Part shown: positions 24,391 to 36,626 of the stretch, in pieces
How positions within the stretch are numbered: the first letter of the stretch is position 1
Layout of the letters: the number at the start of each line of letters is the position of its first letter
Origin: Malacoraja senta
Taxonomy: Eukaryota
NCBI GenBank assembly: GCA_038087875.1
Contig: CM075989.1
Location: forward strand, 9,488,001-9,548,000
DNA length: 60,000 bases
Direction of reading: 5' to 3'
Program-made: the position numbers and the translations under genes
The notes under the pieces: generated by a model
What the model was told of the DNA's origin: nothing
Databases searched by the model: none
What the model saw: only the letters and a program-made list of their open reading frames with translations

Positions 24391-26734
24391 GACCACATAT
24401 ACACCCTTTATTAAATAGCTCATTAAAATTTGGTTACTCAATTGTCCAACTATCCACTTCTTCATAAAGTGACCAATTTAATTTAAAACCCACTTTATTC
24501 TTCTCAGATATCTTATGCTCTCCTCCAGTTTATTAGTGTTGCCTTCTAAGGCATTTTACATTCAGCAACGACTATTTCCAAACTACCTCCAGTCTAAGGA
24601 ACTGGGACCCAAAACATCATCTGTCCATTCCCTCCACTGATGCTGCCTGACCCAGAGTTAATCCAGCATTGTTTTGTCCAATATTCTAGCATTTGCAGTT
24701 CCTTGCAACTCCTGCATACTTCACTGCTTTGGCATTATAAGCGGGTTTTCACAGCTGTGTAGAGTTCTCTGACTGAACTACAAGGTCATATCATATACAA
24801 ATGTAACATCTAATTGAATTTAATGTGGTCAGGGATATGAGTCACGGCTTGGATACTCCACCATACTCTCACATGCACAGAGACCATTTCTTGCTCCCAT
24901 AACAGAATGACTCCAAGCTAGTCCACAGCCATGGTTTTATATATCTCAGCCACCCAATTAATCATTTTCAAATGGTTCCATTCTCTCATCCTTCATTACA
25001 ATTCAACACAAAACCAAAATAAAACATTAAGAGGAAAGTATTGTCAAAAAAATGGATGCCTTAGGAGGCACAATAAAAGAGGCAGGAGAGAAGCAGAACA
25101 AAGTCATGAGTAGAGTAGACCCAAGCACAGAGAGAGCGCACGAGTCAGGAATAAAGTCCAAAGGGCTTGACTGGAGTTGTGGTCATGTTAACAGGTAACA
25201 TAGTCAAAAGAAATAAAAAGCCACAGGCAGGGGAGAATCCAGGTCAAGATCAGGTCAAAACCGCAATTAAAGATAAACAAAGTACAACATGAACAAATTC
25301 AAGACTAGGTAAAGACAAGTACAAACATCAGAGCTTAAACAGGGAACTCAATAGGTAACCCAAATGATAATGACTCACAGGTGAACATATTTGAACATTA
25401 TTGAACACTAAAACCACAATCTATGCTGCCCTCAGTGGTCAACATGGGATCAGCAGGCTCTGTGACAGAGAATTGGGGAGGAGGCATAGGTGTGGGTAGT
25501 GGGAAATGGGCAACTCTCTCCCAGGTGTTTGGAAGGTCCCCACCTACCAGATCCATCAACTTGATTCATCTCACTCCCCAAATGCACACCACATTATTCA
25601 ATCAATGCTTCTCTCTCTTTAATCCCACAGTAAACCTCTGAACCCTTACATTTCCCCATGTCTTTGCAAGCCGTACTTGAGAGAGGCCATTCAATCAATC
25701 TACCTCATTCCCACAGAGACAATGACTATCTGCCTCGCCTAAACTAAACTGTTTATCTAAACTAAACTGAACTGAGCCCAGCGACCTTCTTTCCAGGTAT
25801 TAATCACACTTTTTTAAAAATCTTTTCAGATACCGTTGATAGCTAAATGTATTTTTATCGCCATTTATTTATCAAAATAATTTGACCACCTATGGTTCTT
25901 GTTGTTATTACACAGCACCCAATCAAATGAATGACATTCCCCATTGGAACAACAATTATTTTGTCTTGAATAACTCGTTTGATGCAAATTGCTTAAAAGT
26001 ATTACCATGTTTTCACATCAGATATGAACATTGTTATATTCAGATGGTTATTCCTGTTCTAGAACGGTGAACTTCACCAATCTGTGCTGAGTCAGTTGAT
26101 CTTATTCGCAGCAGTTCAGAACATCACAGCTGTTTTTCAATGCTCTGAGCTTATTGAGTGTAATCATTAATCAGGAATTCAGTCCAATCACTCATGGTGA
26201 AAAATGTGCCTGTGTGTGTGGAGTGAACGAGTGTCCATGTGATCATTCCCGTTGCCAATAGCCTGACGCTGAAGAGGTGGTGTCGGAGATTACAGCCATT
26301 CATGAAACTATTCGGCAGGAGTTTAGTTCTTTCAGGAGCGGAGGAAAGAAGTTGGAATAAAAATAAAACGGGAATTTGCTAGTTTGAATTCCCAGCAAGC
26401 AACAATTGAACTGATGCACAGGGTGAGAATCTCTGGCAACCACTGTTAACAACTAACTCCAGCCCAGAAACAGCAATTGCATGCAAGTGCTTAGAATTCT
26501 TTCATGAACAGCACTGAAATTCATCTGCTTGTTGGCAGCGAAAGGATTCAGATCCTTGGCTAGTGCAACAGTTGAACCCAATGTATCAGACTGCCTGGCC
26601 ACAACATCACTATGCAGGTGATTATAAATGGGGTGATATTGAAGACAGTTCATTTCATACCAAATTTTTAAAAGTTCATGAGCTAATCTTTCATAAGATG
26701 ATTTCATAGACCAAGAGTTTTTTAATGTAATTGA

Positions 26735-27040
26735 ATGATGCAGCAGAGAAACAAGCCCCGTGGCCCATTGGATCCACACCGACCATCAATCACCCCATTC
26801 ACACTATATTCTCCCACTTTCGCATTCACTCCCAACACATTAGGGGCAATTTATGGAGGCAAATCACCCTACAAATCCGCACATCTTTGGTTTGTGGGAG
26901 GAAACCGGAACACCCCGGGGAAACCAACACGGTAACAGGGAGAGCATGCAAACTCCACACAGACATAACCCGAGATCAGGATAATCGAACCCAGGTCTCT
27001 GGAACTGCGTGCTAGCAGCTGTACCAGCTGTGCCACCCTT
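26735..27040 (-). mobile_element. tRNA-derived SINE, same family
   Basis: Aligns with 3116-3422. Confidence 0.7.
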
Positions 27041-27659
27041 AAAACTTTCCTGTGGTTTGATTTTCCAGAAACAGATTGAGTGGCATGTAATTTTGAAATT
27101 ACAATTTCATTGTACTCTCAAAAATGCTTGCCGACCAATGCATAACCAATTTATGGACAGTGGAGGAGCACGCACCCCAATGGAATGCGAGCCAGGACAC
27201 ATTTATGTTGGAGATGGAAGGGGTTTGCAGAAATAACTTCTTCCTATTGCGATTTTGAATGCCACTTGAAGAGTGGGAAAAGGCTCTCGCTAATTTTGGA
27301 AACTCGACGTTCAAGAGATGAACAGACTCACAATTCTCCAAGTACCACAGGTAAACTCAACGCATACTGTGTGAAGGAATTCCAGTCTCACAAGGATTAG
27401 TCTCTCCGAAATATTACAAAGAATCACTGTGCTCTGTGCGAAATTGTGTGAAAGGGCACTTTTTTTTTCTACTTTCATATTTCCAAATCGATACAAAAGA
27501 GGAAAATTGCCAAAACCAAACATATGGATTATAAATGAACCGCTGCTACGGCAGTGCGTGCAATCCGAGTGATTTATTTCAGGGGGCGGGGTGGCTGTGA
27601 AGGATTTCACAGTGGGTTGGGATACTGCAATTGGTTTTCTTTCAACATCTGACATGCCT

Positions 27660-27890
27660 GCCAACTATCGCCAGTCCGCCCATACCAAACACACACATTC
27701 ACTCACACACGCACATATTCACTCATACACATACATTTCGCTCATATAAACACCGATTCACTAACACACACGCACATTCATTAATATACACAACACACAC
27801 ATTCACTCATTCCCATAAATGTACAGATTAACACACTAATATAGTCACACAATCACTCACGCACCCACACCAGCACCTGCACTTCCCAGC

Positions 27891-27941
<51 letters not shown>

Positions 27942-27962
27942 GTCTCACACTCACACGCACAC
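27660..27962 (+). repeat. Degenerate (CA)-rich tract and (CT)n microsatellite
   Basis: Direct reading. Confidence 0.85.
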
Positions 27963-29338
27963 GTCTGAAATAGTTCCCGACTCCACATCTATTTTGAACT
28001 ACTGATGAGTTCCCCATTCCACCGCGGCGGAGACTATTGTTTGAAGCTACTTTGGGGGCCTTTGTACTTTCCCTTATTTTCTTTCATTGAAGTTGATTTC
28101 AAGTTAGTTTCCCTGTTGCCCGCAGCAGGGAACACAGTGGTCCTACAGGGGGACAAGATACACAGAGCATGATTACTGGAAAGTATTTAATTACCCTGTC
28201 CTTTATCATAAAATATCTCAATTTCAATCTTAAATTATCCCTGGATATTTAGTCGTGTAAGAATGTCTGTTTGACAAGTATGTCTGCCAACGTTCACTAC
28301 GTTTTCAGAAGCAATTGACACAAGATGATATTCCAAATACCCTCCTGAACACGGCTTCATTATTTTACACAGAAATAAATCGTTGGGTAGATTTTCTGGA
28401 GGGTTTTATGTGTCGGTAATCTCTTGGAGTTTAGGACTTTACTTCAATCAAAAATATGGAATAAGGATCGGATGGGCTTTGAGGAATTTATGGCGGCGCA
28501 AGGAACTGTAGATGTGATGTTTGGAACTATTTTCAAACTGAACTTTGCCCCTCAAAGAATGGGGTCAGCCCTTTGACTCCTCAACTTTGAACGAATATAA
28601 ATCCAATAGCAGATGTGTATTCTCACCGTGATGTCTATACTAATTTATGTGTGTTTTATGCTGTTGGTACGTTTTCAGTACTTCGAAATTAACTTCAGGG
28701 GAACAGATTTTGTCGCTACAAATCGAAACGCTACAGCAGGGATTGACTAATGTGGTGATTGCTAACGAAACTACCTCCCTCTTTCCTGTACATTTTATAA
28801 AAGGGAAAGGGACCGAGGAAACTTTTAGAGGCAATTTACCATGTCATTACACATGGCACAGTGAAATATAATCGTTACCAGAGTCAGTCAACGGCGTCGT
28901 TATTCCGTATAAAAGTGTGGGCAGGGGATAGGTCCGTTTTAAACCAGTGTTGATCTTGTAATGCTTAATACGTTAAATCCTATCCTCGGGTGAGAGCGTA
29001 GAAAGAACAGGAAATATAGGCACCAGGGACAATGTGGCAAACGCATATTGTAAACTGTTACTGTGATTGATGACCGGTATCAGAAACCTCGAAACTAATC
29101 ACCTTGGAACCATATCAAAACTCCGCTCACAATCGAAACTCTTCCAAACTCTTTGACACCTCTCGGACGAGAACGAAACCTTAACCACGTTCACTCATCC
29201 TCCTGGACGCCCCTCCCGAGGCTCGGAACTCTGTCTAAACTTTTCTATTCCCAAGGCAACGATTTCTCGCCCTCGCCCTGCCACAGAAACCAATATTAAA
29301 AATAATACCCGAAGCCAAGGAAACGGTTTAAGGCCGGC

Positions 29339-29890
29339 TTTATTTTAAGAACAAAATCACTTAACATTTTCCAAACGGAATCTTTGTACACTGAATTACC
29401 TCTTAAAGTGCTGTTGTAATAACATCGATAATATACAAAGATAGTTTTGTTTACTCCTCGATCTCGGGATGAGAAACGCAAATAAATAATAAATAAATCA
29501 ATAAATTACAACCATTAAATACTTTACGAATGAAATCACATTACATAAAGATAAATTGCACATAACCACTTATTTTTTTTATGAACAATATTTTTTAAAA
29601 TAAGTGGACATTAAGAGCCAAACAGGTAGGGTGTGTGATATGACCCTGAGGTCATCGATTCATTCTTTATATAGAAAATTTCGTGCCCGGACACCTTGGA
29701 TTGATATTCACATCGGCCATCGACAAGTACAGATATCCCCCGCACCTCTCCCGGGTGCCGGCGCTGTGCACCCCTTAAGCTTCTATGTGTCCTGGTTTGC
29801 ACCTTTATATTAAAAACTTCTTTATTATATACAGTACTAAGGATATTATTTTATAACACCGCTTGTGTCGTGGTGTAAAAGGCTGCTTTG
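29339..29890 (-). other. SKOR1: SKOR1 3' UTR with candidate poly(A) signals
   Basis: Minus-strand AATAAA at 29826-29821 and 29344-29339. AU-rich tract at 29480-29507. Confidence 0.55.
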
Positions 29891-29988
29891 TCACTGCGGA
29901 AGCAGGGGCGATTTGAAGGAGCAGTTTCCTGTGCAATGTCTTGGGGTCAGCATTTTACAAGAGAAATGGTGAAGAGCGTCGTGCGCTT
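29891..29988 (-). CDS. SKOR1: SKOR1 last coding exon (EAHDALHHFSCKMLTPRHCTGNCSFKSPLLPQ*)
   Basis: ctctgcaccag| acceptor and TGA stop at 29893-29891. Matches the SKOR1 C-terminus. Confidence 0.96.
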
Positions 29989-30044
29989 CTGGTGCAGAGA
30001 GGTGGAGAGGGAACAGAAAAACAATAGTTAGAAACTGACACGGT

Positions 30045-30150
30045 TTGCAGTCTGAAGAAGGGTCTCGACCCGAAACGTCACCCGTTCCATCTATCCAGAG
30101 TTGCTGCCTGTCCCGCTGAGTTACTCCAGCATTTTGTGTCTATCTACGTT
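30045..30150 (+). repeat. Penelope-derived short tail repeat with a hammerhead-like core (last SKOR1 intron, antisense)
   Basis: CTGAAGAAGGGTCTCGACCCGAAACGTC at 30052-30079. Confidence 0.8.
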
Positions 30151-30730
30151 TTGTAACATCTGTCTTGTGAGCCTTGATCTGAATCACATCCTAAATATGT
30201 GCTAAATATTGCATTTAATACACGCCTGATTCGACCCAGGAGATGGTTCTGTCCATTCTACCTGTACATGTTACCTCTGGGCGAAGCCTCACTTTCCTAC
30301 CTCTTCCCCTCTAACTCTGCCTAAAAGAGTGAGTGTTTGGCCAATCGCGTTTCCAGAGTTCTGGTTCAATTGCGTCCAGCGCCAACATCGCTACAAGTTG
30401 CTGCAGAGAAAAAATATCATCTCGTTTCCTTTTATTAAATATATAAAATTACGCTGTTGTCGCGTATACCTTTTGCTCCAAAACTTATCATTGTTCCCGA
30501 GCCAACATTTTAATTCACTCCCTACTACATTCGTGTCCCTCTCACTTTCCAGTCCCGCCTGCCTTGTGTTGTCTATTCTTCGTCTTTAATATATTTTCGT
30601 CCTCCACTAGACCCTCATTCTCTCTTCCACCTGGGCCCCTTTCGTTTGGAATAAGCTTTGTCTGTGCGCCCATTGTTACCTCGCCCCTCCGTCTCTAACC
30701 GCAGATGATTAGGAATGGGGACACCCTCAC

Positions 30731-30796
30731 CTTTCAGTTTCTGTTGAATGGCGTACCGCGCCTTCCTTTCTTGGTCCAGTTCATTGCAGAGTGTGT
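30731..30796 (-). CDS. SKOR1: SKOR1 coding exon 7 (66 nt, DTLCNELDQERKARYAIQQKLK)
   Basis: ttttgacag| acceptor and G|GTGAGG donor. SKOR1-type peptide. Confidence 0.96.
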
Positions 30797-31369
30797 CTGT
30801 CAAAACCAAATGATTCCGTCACTGAGAAAAGCAGCAGAACAAAAACTAAAGGGAACTCCAGCCAGTCTCAATAACAATTAAAGAAAAAACACCCACAGCT
30901 TGTGTTTCTTTTTAATCTCTCCTTGCAAACTCAAATGAGTTCTGGCTGAGCAGTCAAAACTCACGCGCTATTTAGATTTATCCGTGAAGCAGCCAAATGA
31001 TACCTGTCCATTGAGGTGAATTGCGCTGCAAGGCACACCAGTTGAAAATTAAACCAAAGTTAGGCACTACTTCACAGGTAATTTTACGCCTCGGTTTTTA
31101 ATTTAGACAGCTTCAAAATTGCAGTGGAAGAAAAAATTCAATCATTTATTTGTAATGATGCCTTGGAGCCGTTTGAACATGTAGAAGCTACACAGATTAC
31201 CGAGAAGGGAAGGACGCTGCAGCGGTAACATATCAAAAGGTCAGTGCTACTGCAATTGAAATTATTGAAAAATAATTCCACCACAAATGTTCTTAATGCA
31301 CTGGGTGAGATGCTTACTACAGACTGCGCAATTCACTGCTATAAACACCGGCACGTGGTACCACTTTAC

Positions 31370-31444
31370 CTCGAACGATCTGGAGTTGTTGAACCATTTC
31401 TTCTCGGTAAGCCAATTCCCTCTTCATTTGATCCTGAAAACTGT
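31370..31444 (-). CDS. SKOR1: SKOR1 coding exon 6 (75 nt, DSFQDQMKRELAYREEMVQQLQIVR)
   Basis: ttttctacag| acceptor and G|GTAAAG donor, phase 1-1. Confidence 0.96.
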
Positions 31445-31682
31445 CTGTAGAAAAGTAGGGCAGAATTCAAGTTAATATTTGTTGACATACTTTTAGTGCC
31501 ATCCAGAATAGACCGACTTCCAAAAAAGAACTCTTCGTTTTTGTTCCACTGGGTTCAATCCCAATTAACTATTTTGTTTTCCCCTGCAACTGACACCAAC
31601 GCACTTCCTTTACCCAATGACTGTCCTATTTTAGGACTTTACATAAACGCAGTTGAATTTCTGACTGATGAAGAAAATAGTA

Positions 31683-32756
31683 AAGAGTAGGAGTAAACGG
31701 GTCCTTTTCAGAATGGCAGGCAGTGACTAGTGGGGTACCGCAAGGCTCAGTGCTGGGACCCCAGCTATTTACAATATATATTAATGATCTGGATGAGGGA
31801 ATTGAATGCAACATCTCCAAGTTTGCGGATGACACGAAGCTGAGGGGCAGTGTTAGCTGTGAGGAGGCTGCTAGGAGGCTGCAAGGTGATTTGGATAGGT
31901 TGGGTGAGTGGGCAAAGGCATGGCAGTTGCAGTATAATGTGGATAAATGTGAGGTTATCAACTTTGGTGGCAAAAACAGGAAAGTAGACTATTATCTGAA
32001 TGGTGGCCGATTAGGAAAAGATGCAACGAGACCTGGGTGTCATGGTACACCAGTCATTGAAAGTAGGAATGCAGGTGCAGGAGGCAGTGAAGAAAGCAAA
32101 TGGTATGTTAGCATTCATAGCAAAAGGATTTGAGGATAAGAGCAGGGAGGTTCTACTGCAGTTGTACAGGGTCTTGGTGAGACCACACCTGGAGTATTGC
32201 GTACAGTTTTGGTCTCCTAATCTGAGGAAATACATTCTTGCCATAGAGGGAGTACAGCGAAGGTTCACCAGACTGATTCCTGGGATGGCAGGACTTTCAT
32301 ATGAGGAAAGACTGGATAGACTCGGCTTGTACACGTGGGAATTCAGAATACTGAGGGGGGATCATATAGAAACTTACAAAATTCTTAAGGGGTTGGACAG
32401 GCTAGATGCAGGAAGATTATTCCCGATGTTGGGGAAGTCCAGAACTAGGGGGTCACAGTTTAAGGATAAGAGGGAAGACTTTTAGGACCGAGATGAGGAA
32501 ATCATTTTTTACACAGAGAGTGGTGAATCTGTGGAATTCTCTGCCACAGAAGGTAGTTGAGGCCAGTTAATTGGCTATATTTAAGAGGGAGATGGATGTG
32601 GCCCTTGTGGCTAAAGGGATCAGGGGGTATGGAGAGAAGGCAGGGATGGGATACTGAGTTGGATGATCAGCCATGATCATATCAAATGGCGGTGCAGGCT
32701 CGAAGGGCCGAATGGCCTACTCCTGCACCTATTTTCTATGTTTCTATGTTTCTATA
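31683..32756 (+). mobile_element. CR1-clade LINE, 5'-truncated (RT C-terminus and 3' UTR), in a SKOR1 intron, antisense
   Basis: TSGVPQGSVLGPQLFTIYINDLD..KFADDTKL and LYRVLVRPHLEYCVQFWSP. (TTTCTATG)n tail. Frame break at ~32020. Confidence 0.95.
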
Positions 32757-32952
32757 TGTTTGTATCATAACTGCGTTCAGGGATTTTCCCATGTATGGAA
32801 ATGTTTTAAATGAATAATACAGTTGTTTTTAAAAGTTGGAATCATTGCTGGTTTATCCGCAAGGACATGTGAGATAGCTTGAACAAATAGTTTCAAATGA
32901 TATGATCCCCAGTGATAACTTTCTCCACCAGAAGAGCTTCACACTGACTTAC

Positions 32953-33027
32953 CTTTCAGACTCTGAAATTCGCGCTCTAATTTCTTCCTAAGATCCATTT
33001 GCTCCAAGAGTAGTTTTTGAAGTTCCT
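32953..33027 (-). CDS. SKOR1: SKOR1 coding exon 5 (75 nt, EELQKLLLEQMDLRKKLEREFQSLK), coiled coil
   Basis: cttgtttcag| acceptor and G|GTAAGT donor. Near-identical to the SKOR1 coiled-coil sequence. Confidence 0.96.
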
Positions 33028-33082
33028 CTGAAACAAGAACACGAGGGGTGATAACTCTTAACAGACTTCCAAATGTGCGAGG

Positions 33083-33185
33083 GTTAGATAGGCAAAAAGT
33101 GCTGGAGTAACTCAGCGGGTCAGGCAGCATCTCTGGAGAGAAGGTGTGAGCGACGTTTCGGGTCGGGACCCTTCCTCAGACTGAA
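33083..33185 (-). repeat. Penelope-derived short tail repeat with a hammerhead-like core (SKOR1 intron, sense)
   Basis: Minus strand CTGAGGAAGGGTCCCGACCCGAAACGTC at 33179-33152. Confidence 0.8.
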
Positions 33186-33976
33186 AGCGCGAGAGTTAGG
33201 GTCACTGAACAGCCCAAACTATATGTCATTAAGATGCACAGGAATGGATGTTTTTGGCCGTTTGGCTCGGAAGTCATTCGGGAGGGTATTGCCGTTGATT
33301 AAAGCTCCGTCACCAACTTTACAACAGGTCCTGCCTTGGCTTATTGAGGGTTAAATGCGCTTTGGTTCGCATTGACGCCATGGTCAGCGATTAGCCGAAT
33401 AGGTGGGAGTTGCCACATACTGGTCAACTATTCACCAAGACACTGCGCACTTTTCCATCCTCCCAGTAACGCGCTTCAAAAAAAATTCTAAATCAATTAG
33501 TATTATGATTTATTAATGAAAATAATTTAAACAAAACTGCAGCCGCTGCACATCTGAAATAAAAACAGGACAAGCTGTAATTCTGATGAGACGATTCAAC
33601 CTGAAACGTTAACTGTTTCTTTAACCACAGATGCTGTCAGACTTGATGGGTTTTACCGGCATTTTCTGTTTGGTTTATTAATATACAACGTATTTTAATT
33701 CACGGGTCAGTACTCCTTGTGATACTTGAGAAATTTAAACCAAATGGCACTGCTCAAAATTCTCAGCATCAAGCGTACGCTTCGAGTATCGATGTACAGG
33801 CGGCCGACTCGGGACTCGGGACTCGGGACAGCTAATCTGTTCCAATCTAGCTGGTCTGCGGAAATGTATAACTTTGTAAACATCTCATGTACAGAAAATG
33901 ACAACCAATTTCTGGTTCAGTTTGCATTGCAAATAAAAAGTCCGAGGATAGCTGGACAAAATGTGACCCCCCCCCC

Positions 33977-33979
<3 letters not shown>

Positions 33980-34011
<32 letters not shown>
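33980..34011 (+). repeat. (CA)n microsatellite after a poly-C run
   Basis: Direct reading. Confidence 0.95.
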
Positions 34012-34017
<6 letters not shown>

Positions 34018-34419
34018 AGGCTGTGTGAAACTGGGACAGTACCACAATTAACTACATTTGAATTTTATAAATCCAGTCTACGAATAAATAAAACCAGCGC
34101 TTGGACCTTTCAGTGCAGGCGCGATAAAGCGTCAGGGGATTTGATTGTTATTTTAAAGCGTGATTAAAACTCCTGGCTCAACTTTAAATGATGGGAATTT
34201 TTGAATCGTTCAAAATAATATAAAATATGACCAATGATTTCAGGAGAATGAAAGTGATGAAGATCATGGCTGGCTTCCCTGCGCATGTGATTGCAAGGAA
34301 AGTATGATTGTAATATGATGAAAGAATCCTGACCCAGAGTGACCTGGACAACATCTACTCGAAGTTTCTGCCCCCAAGCAGTAGATGTATTAAAAACAAA
34401 GAACGTCAAAAACGCACAC

Positions 34420-34491
34420 CTTTGCCCATATTTTCGATGTCTTTTTCCACCAGTTGTGTTGGCGGGCTCTCCAGTGTAATGCCATCTTCAC
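34420..34491 (-). CDS. SKOR1: SKOR1 coding exon 4 (72 nt, GEDGITLESPPTQLVEKDIENMGK)
   Basis: ctcatccag| acceptor and G|GTGTGC donor, phase 1-1. Resembles human GEDGLTLDVTGTHLVEKDIENLAR. Confidence 0.92.
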
Positions 34492-35128
34492 CTGGATGAG
34501 GAGGAGCAGACACACAGATGAACTCAATCACAATCTATCAGCGGCCTGTTTATATCTAACCATACTTTATTAGCTACCTGCTCAAATACAGCTTTGTTTC
34601 CCTGAGTCCATTAATTGAATGGAGTGCAAGCCATAACACCACACGCCATCTGAGCCCGTTTGTGTTTCCGAGTGAGAATGCTCTCAGTGAATGTCTCAAA
34701 TTAATTTGACCAAAGAAAATATAGAACACATTGGATTTCCCGCCAAAAGATACACCTGGGGAATAATCTACTGACAAACTCACGAGAATTGCACCGATAC
34801 TTGTCATGTGTAAGATAATTGGCATAAATATGGGTGCAACTAGCACGTAAGTTCATAATAAGTTCATAAAACATAGGGGGCCATTCGGCCCAGCGAGTCT
34901 GCTCCGCCATTCGATCATGACCGATCTATATTTCTCTCTCTATCCCATTCTCCAGCTTTCTCCCCGTAACCTTTGGCGCACTTACTAATCAAAGCTCTAA
35001 CTGGCATTGCTATCTTTACATTTTAATGTTTAATGCCAAATGCAAGCTTTAGTGAAGAGTTGTCGCAACTTGAACCGAGGGCTGTATTCCTGCGGGTGAT
35101 CCTGTTGGTCGCGGGCCGGCACACTCAC

Positions 35129-35236
35129 CCCGCTCAATACTGGCAGAGGTTTCCTGGGAGACGCTCCCTTGGTCCTGAAATGATTTCCTCGACTCCGAGT
35201 CCTCCGCCGAGCACTGATTGTCTTCCTTGACTTGCT
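35129..35236 (-). CDS. SKOR1: SKOR1 coding exon 3 (108 nt, EQVKEDNQCSAEDSESRKSFQDQGSVSQETSASIER)
   Basis: ttctattccaag| acceptor (an in-frame alternative AG lies 6 nt downstream) and G|GTGAGT donor. Resembles human EPDKEDNHSPADDLETRKSYPDQRSISQ. Confidence 0.88.
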
Positions 35237-35929
35237 CTTGGAATAGAACAAACCGATTTTCAGAGAGAGAGACAGCAACCCGGGACTCTGATTCTAAATA
35301 CAAATCTGGCAGCAGTGGACCGAATCAAGGCACCCCCATTATAGGCTGACATTATCAAAGGAGCTCGCTTTCACACTCAATGCGCTAAATCGAGCCTCAG
35401 CCATATAGGCAAACCTCGTCTTCTCAATCAACAGGGTTCCCGTTTACTTGCCATATTCCAGATTCTGCACAGTTTTAATTACAAATTTAAAATATGAATG
35501 CGTTTACGTGAATATTAACACTTGTTGAATGACATAGTATACGGTAGACCACTTCGCCCATCGCTCATGTGGCGACTCTTTGACAGAACACTAATCAGTT
35601 CCATCCCTGGGCCCTGAGTTTAAAACAAAACATGTTTAGCTGGCATATTTGGAATCCGCTTCCGCCACTGCCCCAGTGCATCCCAAATGAGCTGCTTCTG
35701 CAACCATTGTTAAACCTCCAGACAATAGTTGTCTTTTAAAAGTGCTGGAGTAATCATTAGCCCGCCCCGCGTAAACTTTCCGTTTTATAGCTGCTATCAC
35801 ATTCACAGACGAGGAGTTCAGTCTACAGTTCAGGTGGGTTTCGCACTTGGGCCTGGAGCTGAAACAGGCCACGAGTGATGGGAGCGAGTTGGAGGGTGGG
35901 TATGGATGGGACTTGGGGGAGTGGTTTAC

Positions 35930-36020
35930 CGGCGGCGTCTGCACTGCAGATGTAAACGGGCGCAAGAGCCACCGTGGCAGGAGTCTTCACACTGTGCACA
36001 TCCTGTTCGTGCGAAAATAC
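35930..36020 (-). CDS. SKOR1: SKOR1 coding exon 2 (91 nt, VFSHEQDVHSVKTPATVALAPVYICSADAA)
   Basis: tgtttcag| acceptor and G|GTAAAC donor, phase 0 to 1. Resembles human VFAPERDEHVKSAAVALGPAASYVC. Confidence 0.88.
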
Positions 36021-36626
36021 CTGAAACAGACAAACATTGAGAAGCAAGCTCCAATGGGTTACCGCGACGCGCGAATCACCCAAAGCTCTTGGTTCACATT
36101 CTCTCTCTCTCTCTCTGTCACCGGGGTGAAATGGGAGACCTGGGATCATTTCCACCAATTTGTCGCTCGGAGCCCACCCTCCCCACAAAATCCTTGGGAT
36201 TAAATAAAAACCGTCGAACCTGCAGTTGGCATTAAACTCCATTTGCGTGCATGCACGCAATTATTGAATACTTGAAATAAAATAACCCAAATTAAAATGC
36301 AACCCAACAAAACATCCCCCTATTGACGATTTCGCTCTCTCAGTTTCAGACGAATTAAACAGGCCTGATAATCTGGTTAATTACATTCTATTCAATGTGA
36401 CTGGATGCTAATTCTAAGGTGTCAGCGGGCAAACCCATGCGCCTTTCGCTCCCTGTTTAGGATACTACAAGACTGCTAATGCATTCTAAATATTTGGGTT
36501 ATGTTTATTATTTAACCACAGTGCTTAGTTTTATCTCTACAAACTGAATCTTATAACTCGACATGGCTTTTTTTTGTTTAAATAACGGAACTCGTAATTC
36601 AGGCAGAAGCAGGTAGAAAAAGCTAC

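Noticed and set aside
25150..25467. Possible solo LTR (minus strand starts TGTCACA) with a CTCF-like GACCACTGAGGGCAGCA
   Set aside because: No second terminus or TSD could be identified, and the motif lacks a core base.
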